Shown here: positions 52,135 to 64,000 of the stretch, one piece after another
Position numbering within the stretch: the first letter of the stretch is position 1
Layout of the letters: the number at the start of each line of letters is the position of its first letter
NCBI GenBank assembly: GCA_951406725.2
Contig: OX597829.1
Location: forward strand, 29,698,001-29,762,000
Reading direction: 5' to 3'
Length of the DNA: 64,000 bases
Source of the DNA: Octopus vulgaris
Lineage: Eukaryota
Notes under the pieces: model-generated
What the model saw: only the letters and a program-made list of their open reading frames with translations
What the model was told of the DNA's origin: nothing
Databases searched by the model: none
Translations under genes and position numbers: made by a program

Positions 52135-52720
52135 AATAGAGGGGAGATCAAGAGGTGGTATTCATCAACATTTAGACATTATATTATGTCTATTTATTTA
52201 TTAAAAAAAATAATACCAATATAATACATGTATAACATATTGTGCTTTACATATATAATATATAAAATATAAAATATGAAAATACCAGTAATTATTAAAA
52301 TATATAACATTGAGCATATGCACTATGTTATGGATATTAATACTATACATTTCATATATATATATATATATGGCAGTAGGCGCGGGCATGGCTGTGTGGT
52401 TAGGGAGCTTGCTTCCTAACTACATGGTTTCGGGTTCAGTCCCACTGCGTGGCACTTTGGGTAGGTCTCTTCTGCTATAGCCCCGAGCCGACTGGAGCTT
52501 TGTGATTGAATTTGGTAGGCGGGAGTTACTGCCGTGTGTGTATGTGTGTGTATAGCTGCTCAGTGCCTCTCCGAAAGAGAAAGAGAGAGGGATATATATA
52601 TAGAATATGTATGGGGAAAGTGTCAACAAGAAAACCAATAGGCTGACTGGAAATAGCAGCAAAATCTCCCTGAAATTAGAACCTGCAGACATGCACATTC
52701 ATATGTGCATGCATGCACAC

Positions 52721-52771
<51 letters not shown>

Positions 52772-53554
52772 TGCACCTTCACATATATACACAATGCATG
52801 CACATCCTCATAAGCATGTATAAATGCACACACACAGGCATGTGGACACACACACACACACACAGAAAGTAAGAATAATTCAATACTGCATAATCAGTAC
52901 AATCAATGAATATACTAAAGGTGAACACTAATAGAGAAAAAAAACTAAGGTTTCTTAATTTGACTTTGTATCTTGGGAGGAATTGGCAGCAGGAATAACT
53001 TTATTATGGAGTTCATGTTGACCTTTAGAGCTCTAACTTCTAATCCATTTAGTGGATACAAAATTTGGTTTTTCTTTCTTTTTATTTTCTTATTTTTTCT
53101 TAAACTCCCTAGTTGATTCAACAATCAAAAATAGGTTGTAGTTGTCCTCCTCCTCAACAGCAGCAGCAGCAGCAGCACCAGCACCAGCACCACCACTACC
53201 ACCACCACCCCCATTCTCTTTCTCCTCCCCTGCAGCCACCTCATCATTGTAATTACTGCTGTCATCGTCTTCATCATTGTTATCATCATTTTCATCATCA
53301 TCATCAGCAGCAGCAGCAACAACAGCATTACCATCATCATCATCACTTCATGCCTATCTGCCATACTGGTATGGACACAGGGTGTGACGGGATCCAAAGT
53401 GTCTTATTCCAATGTTTTAGTTTTTGTCATGGTTTCTAGAAATTGATGCCCTTCCTAACACCAACAATTTTTCAAACCATATTTAGGTGCTTTTTACATG
53501 GCACCACCACTTCTAAGGTCACAAACGTAACTTAAAAGTCTGGTGAACCACCTT

Positions 53555-53982
53555 CAGGGCTGGATTAAGACCCATTGAGGCCCTAAGCACTTAAAATATT
53601 TTGGTGCCACCATACATGTATAATTCAAAATTTAAACAATAAGCCATAAAATGATTTATTTTTATTTTTCAAAATGTAACAAAACTAAGAGTAAGATGGG
53701 AGAAAATGTTTATTTTATCTTTTTATGCTTCCACTTTATATTTCAAATGTTTTCTCCTACTTTTTTCTGATTGTAAAGTCTTCAATCAAATCCTCAATTT
53801 GACACCATGTACGCTTTGAAATTATATTTCCTTTCATATACACTACCTCGATTATTATATTAGCAAGCTTAAAATGATTTCTTTTGTGCTGTAAACAATT
53901 TACCATTTCTGTGGTGCTCCCACTTCCTTTGATGCCCTAAGCATGTGCCTATTTTGATTAATTAATGGTTAATCCAGCGCTG
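53555..53982. mobile_element. hAT-like MITE
   Basis: TIRs CAGGGCTGGATTAA / TTAATCCAGCGCTG; imperfect 8-bp TSD accacctt / accacccg. Confidence 0.8.
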
Positions 53983-54227
53983 ACCACCCGACTGAGAAGT
54001 AGAATAGTTGTATTGTACAATGTAGTACTGAGGTGGTTAAAGTGTGACAGAGGTGGCCAGAACAGATTTGTTGTTGTGAAAAATATTCATACATATATTA
54101 TTTTATGATTACCCAGCATGTAGAATCATAAACAAGTTATTATTTCAGTACCTATCATGACCAGTTTCTGCCCCTAGTCCAGCTATTCTCATGATGTACT
54201 GTTATTGTTCATGTATGTATGTGTGCG

Positions 54228-54490
54228 TGGAAGTGCAATGGCCCAGTGGTTAGGGCAGCGGACTCACGGTCAGAGGATCGCGGTTTCAATTCCCAGACCA
54301 GGCGTTGTGTGTGTTTATTGAGTGAAAACACCTAAAGCTCCACGAGGCTTTGGCAGTGGGTGGTGATGACCCCTGCTGTACTCTTTCGCCTCAACTTTCT
54401 CTCACTCTCTCTTCCTGTTTCTTGAGCTGGGGGGAACACATACACCACAGAAACCGGGCCGATGAGCCTGGCTAGACTTGAAAAGGGCGC
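54228..54490 (+). mobile_element. tRNA-derived SINE family 4
   Basis: Matches 17620-17930. Confidence 0.85.
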
Positions 54491-54564
54491 ATAAATAAAA
54501 AATAAATAAATGTATGTGTGTGTATAGGTGTATGAGTGTGTGTTTGAGTATGTATGTATGTATG

Positions 54565-54715
54565 TTATTATTCAGTTTCATTTCAAGATTTCTTTCCAGT
54601 AGAAATGAGCTAGTTTCTAACCTAGATCCAAAGCTCCTTCATTGGAATTTCAACATCATCAACAGTGTATTTTTGTTTGTATGTATATGTGCAGATTTGT
54701 ATATTCTGTTTTATG

Positions 54716-54720
<5 letters not shown>
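54565..54720 (-). mobile_element. 3' tail of the R4-like element between (ATGT)n tracts
   Basis: Reverse complement of the 42465-42560 and 43130-43280 tails. Confidence 0.7.
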
Positions 54721-54749
<29 letters not shown>

Positions 54750-55694
54750 TGTATGTATGTATGTATGTATGTATGTATGGATGGATGGATGGATGGATGG
54801 GTGTATACGCACACGCACACACAATATTTACGTTTGCAAACTTGACTGTAGGTTTGTTTCAAGCAAACTGAAAACAACTATAAAAATGACAAAAAAAAAA
54901 AATAAAAAAAATAAAAAAAGATATAAAGCCATATACATATATAGTATTGATTAACATATCAAATTCATGTCTTCCGTATTTCATTTTACCCAAATGCATG
55001 AAGCATTATGTTTGAATTAGCAAAAATGAATTGAAGTGAAAGCTTCATCTAATTATCTCCCCTGACCGTCGATCTTCATACGTAGCATCAATTAAATAAT
55101 GAGAAATGTGTGTTTATTGATTAAGCTTCAAGTGATGTATGTTATTCCTTATACGTGTATAAAAGAGTAAATGATGTGTATATTATACATTACATATGTG
55201 TGCAAGTGTATATACATACACAGATCCGTGTATGAGTAGGCAGGTGGGTAAATACAAACGTATAAAAAGAAACAAATACGTTTATCTACAGTGTTTGGTT
55301 ACATTGTTTTGTTACAACTTTTTATTGTTCCTCTGAATGTGTGTTTTTTAAAGAACTCACACACACACACACACACACGCACACACACATGCAGACACGC
55401 ATGTAACAAAATATAATATAATATATATAATGCATTATATATAGTCAGATCATTTATCCAAAAAAGAAGCTCACTCCAAACGTTAGAGAAGTAATTTATT
55501 TTTGGGAAAGTTAATGATATACTTGGTCATAGATTGACCAGTGGTTTCACACCCATGAAGTACTTAACCTTATAGATGAAATGTTGTCCATGTCAAATGG
55601 AATCTGTTGAGCTGTCTATAAGGCTAAGTGTTTTATGGGTGCGAAACCATTCGTCACTCTATGACTGGCCAAATAATTGCCTTCCTACTAAATA

Positions 55695-55727
<33 letters not shown>

Positions 55728-56177
55728 TGTATGTATGTATGTATGTATGTATGTATGTATGTATGTATGTATGTATGCATGTATGTATGTATGTATGTGT
55801 GTGTGTATGCATGTATGTATGTATGTATGTATGTATATATATATATATATATGTATTAGAAGAAATGAGGTAATCAGAAGATCGGATGGTTCATATTTAT
55901 AGATATTTATTTATATATTACATTTTTTACATATATATATCATATCATTCAGATCAGATCATTCAGATTATTAGCGCTTTCTCCCATTCTAGTGGGGTTT
56001 TCAAATCAAATTAATTCCTATATGTATATATATATATATATTTAAGTAGTTGAATGAATTATCCTAGTATGGATAATTCGGTTAACCGATACCCGGGTTG
56101 CATTATCACTATGGACTCCGTGTGGGCAGTCATCTAAAAGTTTTTGTTCGTCATGATGCTGACATAAGTTCCTTGTC

Positions 56178-56260
56178 TTTCCTGATGAGAAGGCGGCATA
56201 ATGCACCCTTTATTCCTTCGGAATTAGGAATATGCAGTCTTTGAAACATATGTCGAGAAT
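56178..56260 (+). ncRNA. Type I hammerhead ribozyme motif
   Basis: tttc CTGATGA G aaggcggcata...tatgcagtctt T GAAAC atat GTC gaga. Confidence 0.65.
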
Positions 56261-56525
56261 AAAGGAATTTTGTTAAATCGTCGTTCAACTCCATTCTTTC
56301 ATTTATTTATATATATATATATATATATATTTAAGTAATGAGGGAGAAAATTCTAATACATGTGTATATTTAAAGGGCTAAAACCACTATGTGGCCAGCC
56401 ATATGCCAGAAGTAGATCAACTACGATCAAACTACAAAGAAAGAATGTTCTCTAGAGAAAAATTCAGCAGACACCAGAACAATATGTGGGCAAGACAGAT
56501 GAAAATTATATAAAAACAAGAATTA

Positions 56526-56600
56526 ATCGCAAACCGGTTTCGTCTATTAACGAATAAATCACTTACGTAAACCTTCGTCCATAGGACTCGTCAGTACAAT
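56526..56600 (-). ncRNA. Type I hammerhead ribozyme motif
   Basis: Reverse complement attgta CTGACGA gtcctat...atagac GAAAC cg GTT tgcgat. Confidence 0.65.
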
Positions 56601-57217
56601 CGTTCCGAAAGCAATATAATTTGTAAAACTAACCACCAGTTTTCCGTATAAAAACAGACACGTGCTTAGTTGCACCGATTACATTGGGGTTAATTTCAAA
56701 TGTCTGGCCACATAGTGGATTTTAGCCCTTTAGATACACACACACACACACACACACACATACATATATATATAAATAAGACCATCTATTTATAATGTAA
56801 AGTATAATAGCCATCTCAATATGGCTAACCACAAAGGGTGGATGTTACTGTAGCTTTTAGCCCCATGAGATCATCGTCTCCAGCTGGCTTTAGGCACACT
56901 ATCTGTGCCCTTATGGTATTTGCAAAGGGTGGTCTTGCAAATAGTGTGCCTAAAGTGTGGTTTTGCAGATAGTGTGCCTAAAGCCAGCTGGAGACGATGA
57001 TCTCCTGGGGCTAAAAGCTACAGTAACACCCACCCTTTGTGGTTAGCCATATTAAGATGGCTATTATACTTTACATTGTCAAGCGGTTACTGTTTACATC
57101 TCGTTCAGAGATTTATTATTGCCATCTATTTATAAATGTTCTGAAATCTTTCACAGCCTTGGATTTTTATCTCATTCTGTTAATTTTATATAAATAGATG
57201 GTCTTACAGTTGTTTCT

Positions 57218-57281
<64 letters not shown>

Positions 57282-57936
57282 GTATTTTGCTGCAAACAGG
57301 AAAACTAAAACTCTAAATATGAGTATAATATTTTAATTAATATTTAGCAGAAGCAACAGAGTGACTCAAGGACTGAGAGATTCATGTGTTAATCTTTATG
57401 TGCATACTCAAAGGAACAATAAGTTGTAACTGCTCACAAAGTTCTCTATACATGAAAAAAGTGTAAACAATAACAACCCCAAATCTGATCAATAAAAATT
57501 TCTTCAAAACACCTCTCTATCACAACTCACCCTACAACCTAATTACCACTCCACTTAAACCTATATATCCAAATAAAATTTAAATCCAGCAAAGATTATA
57601 TAGAGTGAAGATTAACTTCATTGCATCACAGTCTAATAACAGCTTAGCTAGTTGAAACTTAGCCAGTAAAGTCATTACCGATAATATTCTTGTTTAAGAA
57701 TAATAAATTTGTACTCTACAAAAGTATAGAGTAACCCATCAAATTAATGTAAAATTGTTCTTAATATAACTGAACAAAAAAACAAACGTTAATACACACA
57801 CATTTATATATATATAGTTCAAATTTACAGAAAGCAAAAGACAAAAACAAGTTGTGGAGAAACAAGCAATGCATTAGTTTGACAAAAACATTAAGAGATG
57901 ACAAAAGAATAAACAATTATCTTAATGAACTTCATC

Positions 57937-58015
57937 AGCTAAGAGTTGTTTCTGCAATGAGATGCAGTGGACTCATAGTTGAGTGCCTGAGTCACAACTC
58001 ATAGCCTCATCAGAG

Positions 58016-58017
<2 letters not shown>
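57937..58017 (-). ncRNA. Degenerate type I hammerhead motif
   Basis: Reverse complement ggct CTGATGA ggctatgag...ctcattgca GAAAC aact CTT agct. Confidence 0.45.
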
Positions 58018-58089
<72 letters not shown>

Positions 58090-58167
58090 CATACACATAT
58101 ATACATGTATAGGTATATGTATATATTATGTGTGTGTGTGTTAGTGTGTTTGTGTGTATATATATAG

Positions 58168-58207
<40 letters not shown>

Positions 58208-58239
58208 TTCATCATCATCAACATCAACATCATTGTCAT

Positions 58240-59175
58240 CATCATTTAACATCTGTTGTCCATGCTGGCATGGGTTGGATGGTTTGACCAGTGCTGGTAA
58301 GTTAGAAGGCTGCACCAGACTCAGTCTGATTTGGCATTGTTTCTACAGCTGGATGCCCTTCCAGGACATGGTTTCTACAACTAGATGCCAAACACTCCAA
58401 AAGTGTAATGAATGCTTTTATGTGCCACCAGCATGGGTGCCATTTGCAAGACACTGCTATCTGCTATGACTGTAATTTTACTTGGCTTGAAGGGTTTTCT
58501 TCTTAAACATGACATAATGCTAACGGTCTTGGTCATTGCCTCCATGAGGCCCAACACTTGAAAGGTGCCTTTTACCTGCCACTGGCATGGGTGCCAGTTA
58601 CCTCTTCTCAAACACAGAATATCTCCAAAGGTCTCGGTCACTAGTCATTGCATCTGTGTGACCTAAAGTTCAAAGATCATGCTTCACCACCTCTTCTCGT
58701 GTCTTCCTGGATCTACCTCTACCACAGGTTCCCTCCATAGTTAGAGATCGGCACTTCTTTACACAGCTGTCCTCATTCTTACGCATCACATGACCATACC
58801 AGCACTGTCATTTCTCTCACTCACTACATCTGATGTCTCTTATGCCCCACTTTTCCTTCAAGATGATTACAATCTGTTGAACATGCACACTGACATTGCA
58901 GATCCAGCAAAGCATACTGGCTTCATCTCTTTCAAGCCTATGCATGTCCTCAGCTATCACAGCTCATGTTTCATCATACAATCTGCCTTTCACTCTGAGA
59001 GAGAGGCCCTTTATTAGGGCTCCCTGAATTTAGGAGCTTCCTGAATTTTGTCCAGCCTAATCTTATTCTCACAACTATGCTCTTGGAGCATCCACCTCCA
59101 CTACTAACTTGGCCACCTAGATAATAGAAACTATCTACTACCTCTAACTTGCCCCATTAGCAGTTGATGGAGTCT
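58240..59175 (-). mobile_element. RTE LINE 3' fragment
   Basis: Same family as 13300-14270; (gat)n tail at 58168-58245. Confidence 0.82.
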
Positions 59176-59220
59176 ATTTTATATATACATGCATATTTTA
59201 AATAATCACTTGGGAGGACA

Positions 59221-59266
<46 letters not shown>

Positions 59267-59339
59267 TATTTTAAATAATCACTAGGGAGGACAGAGTGTA
59301 GTGTAAGCTTTATTTCGCATGATGATTGTTTCGGCTTAC

Positions 59340-59523
59340 ATTTTCACTACTCCCTGGTGGGTGGAAAATGATGTAATGAAATCAAATGCATCCCACAGTG
59401 CAGAAGGAACCTCATCAGGTTACATAATATGTTGCAGTGTTTCTTCTGCATTGTTGGGTGCATTTGATTCCATTACATTGATCTCTATTCACAAGAAAGC
59501 AGTGTTTGGTGGCCTCTTTAACT
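59340..59523 (-). pseudogene. Possible disabled exon (splice sites intact, two in-frame stops)
   Basis: attctcag acceptor and GTAAGC donor. Frame LKRPPNTAFL*IEINVMESNAPNNAEETLQHIM*PDEVPSALWDAFDFITSFSTHQGVVK. All three frames contain stops. Confidence 0.3.
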
Positions 59524-60053
59524 CTGAGAATATGGAGTTCAGAATTAAAAAATATATTTACAGCAATCAAATAATTTGCAGTTTTTTTTTTACTTTTATA
59601 TTTTAAAAAACCCAAATGAGTTCTTTTAAAATTATTGAGACCCCACCCCTGATTTATTAGGCTCTTTTAGATTTAAAAAGCCATTAAATATTTAGGTGTG
59701 CAAATATAAGTTTGTGTGTATCTATTTTTAATGGTGAAACAAGAAGTAGACAAGCAAGCAGTATTGAAATTTACAGAAAAACAAAAGATGAAACAGGTGT
59801 ATGAACAACAAGCAGATGTATTAGTTTGATGCTCAGGAAAGTGAGACAGTCTTTTATGTTTCGAGCCTATGCTCTTCAACAGAAAGGAATAAGAGAAAAT
59901 AAACATAGAGAGAATAAAAAATCTTGTGGATTTAGCGGTCAAACATAGTGATATATAACACAACTCTAATTGAATATATATATAAATAATATAGAATATA
60001 TAAAACGGGTGATTTTGTGGTTTTGTTATTTGTTATTTTTAAATTTTGATTTG

Positions 60054-60160
<107 letters not shown>

Positions 60161-60172
60161 TATATATATATA

Positions 60173-61060
60173 TAATAGAAATATTAAAATAACTAAGTCT
60201 CTCTAAAAGAGAACAGCGGCAGCGTTCCCGGAAAATAATAGTTATCGCCATACTAATATGGCATTCTTATAAAAATAAGAAAAAAGCTGTCCGCTTATTA
60301 GCTCCATGAGGCCATCGCCTTAAGTTAGCTATTTGATACACAAACTGTATCCATATAACCTTCGAACAAGGGAGGTCAGTCGCTCCACACTACTTGACCG
60401 GCAGCTACAGACGCGTTTCGGAGTATTGCCCCTTTTCAATGCAGCGTAGCCAGCCAGTAGGTGTCGCTTCCGACAATCTCTGTTCGATGGTTTTATTTAC
60501 CTAGTTTCGGTGGAATACATCCACTTGTTTTCAATAATAGAAATATTAAAATAACTGACCTCCCTTGTTCGAAGGTTATATGGATACAGTTTGTGTATCA
60601 AATAGCTAACTTAAGGCGATGGCCTCATGGAGCTAATAAGCGGACAGCTTTTTTCTTATTTTTATAAGAATGCCATATTAGTATGGCGATAACTATTATT
60701 TTCCGGGAACGCTGCCGCTGTTCTCTTTTAGAGAGACTTAGTTATTTTAATATTTCTATTATTGAAAACAAGTGGATGTATTCCACCGAAACTAGGTAAA
60801 TAAAACCATCGAACAGAGATTGTCGGAAGCGACACCTACTGGCTGGCTACGCTGCATTGAAAAGGGGCAATACTCCAAACGCGTCTGTAGCTGCCGGTCA
60901 AGTAGTGTGGAATGACTGACCTCCCTTGTTCGAAGGTTATATGGATACAGTTTGTGTATCAAATAGCTAACTTAAGGCGATGGCCTCATGGAGCTAATAA
61001 GCGGACAGCTTTTTTCTTATTTTTATAAGAATGCCATATTAGTATGGCGATAACTATTAT
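60173..61060. mobile_element. Retrozyme/Penelope-pLTR-like 362-bp unit: about 1.05 copies on the minus strand then about 1.4 copies on the plus strand, within (TA)n
   Basis: Near-identical inverted and tandem copies; hammerhead motifs at 60404-60445 (-) and 60851-60891 (+). Confidence 0.75.
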
Positions 61061-61080
61061 ATATATATATATATATATAT

Positions 61081-61131
<51 letters not shown>

Positions 61132-61285
61132 ACGAAAAGTGGACAGTCAACATGCTAGATGTTGACTGTCCACTTTTTCGTGTTCAGTCCTTAATTGGTA
61201 TATATAAATATTTTAATCTTCAGATTCTTTCTTTAATATGCTAGACCACTGGTTCTAATTGATAAATATCAATTTTTACCCTAAA

Positions 61286-61332
<47 letters not shown>

Positions 61333-61559
61333 TATATACATTCATACATACATACATACATACATACATACATACATACATACATACATACATGCATATA
61401 TACATACATACATATTATATATAATGAGTGACTAAATGACATAACTGTTGAGCTGTACCAGTTACAGCTGAAGAACAGATTTCAACCACACTAAAGAACT
61501 ACAAACTATTTTCAAAACAGCGGTAACAGATAATGCAAGATGTATTATTGTCACAGAAG

Positions 61560-62760
61560 AAGCAGTCGTTAAGATAAGAGAAGGATCATGGAAATATTTT
61601 TATCAACATAAGACAGCTAAGAACAGGCAAAAACTGGCAAAAATAGAAAAGAAACTGTTGTAGAGTACCATTTATTAGATTGTCTGGTAAAGCAGAGTTA
61701 CTAAACTAACAAGAAAAAGACAGAAGATGAAGGTTGCAGGAATTACATAAAAATGTTGTACTGCAATGCCAGGAAGTTCACGAGTTCAAAGAAATACTAA
61801 ACAAGCAAAGAACAAAGTGGCTTATTGCTGGAACACATCCTAGATAGTTTGGACTAGTGAGACTCAGTCAAACTCTTAAAATTTTACCTTGAACCACCCT
61901 CTGAATCCTGCAAGTGAGAACTGATTTGATCACATAAGAGAATATAAAACAAGCACTGATAAACCTGAGAAAACAACAAAGCTGCTGGATATAACCAAAT
62001 CTCTGGTGAATTCTTGAAGTACAGTGGGGCAAAAGTAACAAAATCACTAAAACATCTGTTGAAGAGATTATGTTACCACTAAGCTGTGCACTTGCGCACA
62101 TGCACACATGTCTTACAACAATCACAATGTATAAAATGTACAGACAAGGATTTCAAGATTAAATTAGATTTTTTTAATTGATGATGGTTACTTGTGAAGA
62201 AGGACAAAGCTTGCATACAAGCAAATACCTGCAAACACTCACAGCAATAAATTAGAAGGTACATTGTCAACAAATACAGGGAATAACAGTAAGCCCTGGC
62301 CATTTGAAGAAAAAGGGTCATTGTGAAGCTTCCAAAAAACAAAAGAATACAGACCTGGTAGACTACAACAACTGGTTAGTAATTACTTTGCTCCCCATTC
62401 CAGCTAAAGTTTTCTGCAAATGTTACTGAACAGGATTTTACAAGCATTTATACAAAATAGCAAGAGAACAAATAAGATTTCATTCCAGCCACTCTTCAGC
62501 TGCACAAATTTTTACATAGAATATAGAGTTCTGGTCGGCACTGTCAATCACCTTTAGGGACATCAAAAGTCCCTTTGACAACATCCATTGGGAATCACCA
62601 TGGAAGAACTTGATTCTCCAACAATGTCTAAATATATATAGGAAGCTATAAGAAGGCTCCAGCTGCAGCTGTGTCAAGACAGATATTGGCCCTGACTATA
62701 AAACTTAAAATCATCAATGCTTTGGGTACATCATATGGAATTCCTGCCTATACCTTTTCT
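61560..62760 (+). mobile_element. Decayed RTE-like LINE RT fragment
   Basis: VIVKLPK...DLVDYNNW.VITLLPIPAKVFCK, REQ..F and PFDNIHWES (AFD motif) remnants. Confidence 0.7.
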
Positions 62761-62769
62761 ACATATCAA

Positions 62770-63090
62770 GCATGGTCATTTACCTGAAGGGAGTTGAATC
62801 ATGTTTAATTTCTGGCTTACTAGAACTTAGGTCTTTGCTAAGTTAACTTTAAGGCTCTTTGATTCCAGGTTTTGCTTCCACACAGAATTTCTTTTCTAAT
62901 TCTACTATAGATTCCATTATGAGAATGAGGTAATTAGCATATGATAGTTCCCAAGGGACACCTAGTCTTAAATTCCTGTTACAGCCTGAAGGAGGACAAT
63001 GACCAACATATGGGGACAGAAAACCAAGCCCTGGTGCACTCCTACCTGTTCTCTAAATTCACCGCTGTATTCCTGCCCAACAGTGAGAGT
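62770..63090 (-). mobile_element. RTE LINE RT fragment
   Basis: QVGVHQG, PWELSYANYL (YADD-like) and LKVNLAKT. Confidence 0.75.
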
Positions 63091-63394
63091 GTGTGTGTGA
63101 GCGTGTGCATATTGTGTGTGTATTGTATGTGTGTGTGTGTATTGTGTGTGCGTGTATTGTGTGTATGCATGTGTGTGTGTGTGTGTGTATTTTTGAGCTA
63201 TGTATTTCTGTTTCAAAAAATATAAATGTTGTTTCAAATAATTCTTGAGCTGAGTCAATTATCCATTTCTCAGCAACATCAGGTATTCTGCTGGTATACA
63301 TATATATAAATAATGTGGGTGGCTTATTAGCAATGCAGGTACCTCTTAGTACTCTCTGTCACTTTAGTGATGTCTATAAATTTGCCTACACACA

Positions 63395-63475
<81 letters not shown>

Positions 63476-63691
63476 ACACACACACACACATATATATAAA
63501 TAGATGGGTGTAACAATTAACGCGGAAAAAATAGATAAAGAGTTACCAGGGTAGCAACAAATCACACAAGTAAAAAGGTTATAACTCCTTGTTCTTAAAG
63601 GTAGAAACTCCGGGTTTACATGAAATATTTTGTATAATATATATAAATAAATAAATGGAGTTAAACACAGGTGTTATTCAAATTCTTTTAC

Positions 63692-63776
63692 TTCTGACAC
63701 ATGTTTCGAAGATATCACTGGTATTATTCCAAAGGAATAAAATGGTGTAAAACAATGTAATCTTCTCTTCAGAGAA
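63692..63776 (-). ncRNA. Type I hammerhead ribozyme motif with canonical core
   Basis: Reverse complement ttct CTGAAGA GAAGAT...ATCTTC GAAAC atgt GTC agaa. Confidence 0.7.
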
Positions 63777-64000
63777 ATGAAGAAATGAAACTCATCAATA
63801 AGACATTTCAACAGAAAATGATGGATATGTATAGTGATTAACTGAACACTTTTAAGTTTGTTTTAAAAAAAGGTTAGAGAATATAACGTCAATGGTAGCC
63901 AATAGAAAGAGGAGGGGTAAAGGAAAGAAAGAAACAAACAAATGAGAAGTATATAACGATATGTATATTAAATAAAACCCTATAGTCTTAGAAAAATATA

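Noticed and set aside
53113-53439. Poly-Q/H ORF resembling a transcription-factor low-complexity region
   Set aside because: CAG/CAC/CAT microsatellite merging into an RTE 3' tail; no domain or convincing splice structure.
59317-59422. Minus-strand CUGAUGA...GAAAC hammerhead-like match
   Set aside because: Stem I is poor and stem III/cleavage site is mismatched; it overlaps the exon-like island and may be chance.

Overview
Eukaryotic, AT-rich, microsatellite- and transposon-dense genomic DNA. The SINE/LINE families and repeat landscape suggest an octopus or other coleoid cephalopod (inference). The one well-supported gene is the 3' part (5 exons, + strand, 798-23746) of a hormone-sensitive-lipase (HSL)-family alpha/beta-hydrolase esterase with an intact GDSAG Ser/Asp/His triad. 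A candidate unrecognised gene runs antisense and interleaves with it (exons 35107-35302 and 21963-22039, plus a possibly disabled exon at 59340-59523). The rest is repeats: four SINE families, RTE/CR1/R4-like LINE remnants, a decayed Ty3/Gypsy element, Tigger, Tc1 and mariner transposons, piggyBac- and hAT-like MITEs, Helitron/Helentron-like elements and a 5S rRNA pseudogene. The most striking unexplained signal is a dense set of type I hammerhead-ribozyme motifs (about a dozen, several unrelated families, mostly 37.8-63.8 kb) in short elements embedded in (TA)n tracts. It includes a young, circularly permuted 362-bp retrozyme-like repeat with a compensatory U3-A8 core. There are also microsatellite-associated retroelements at (ACAT)n and (TAA)n. 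All calls are by eye; repeat boundaries are approximate.
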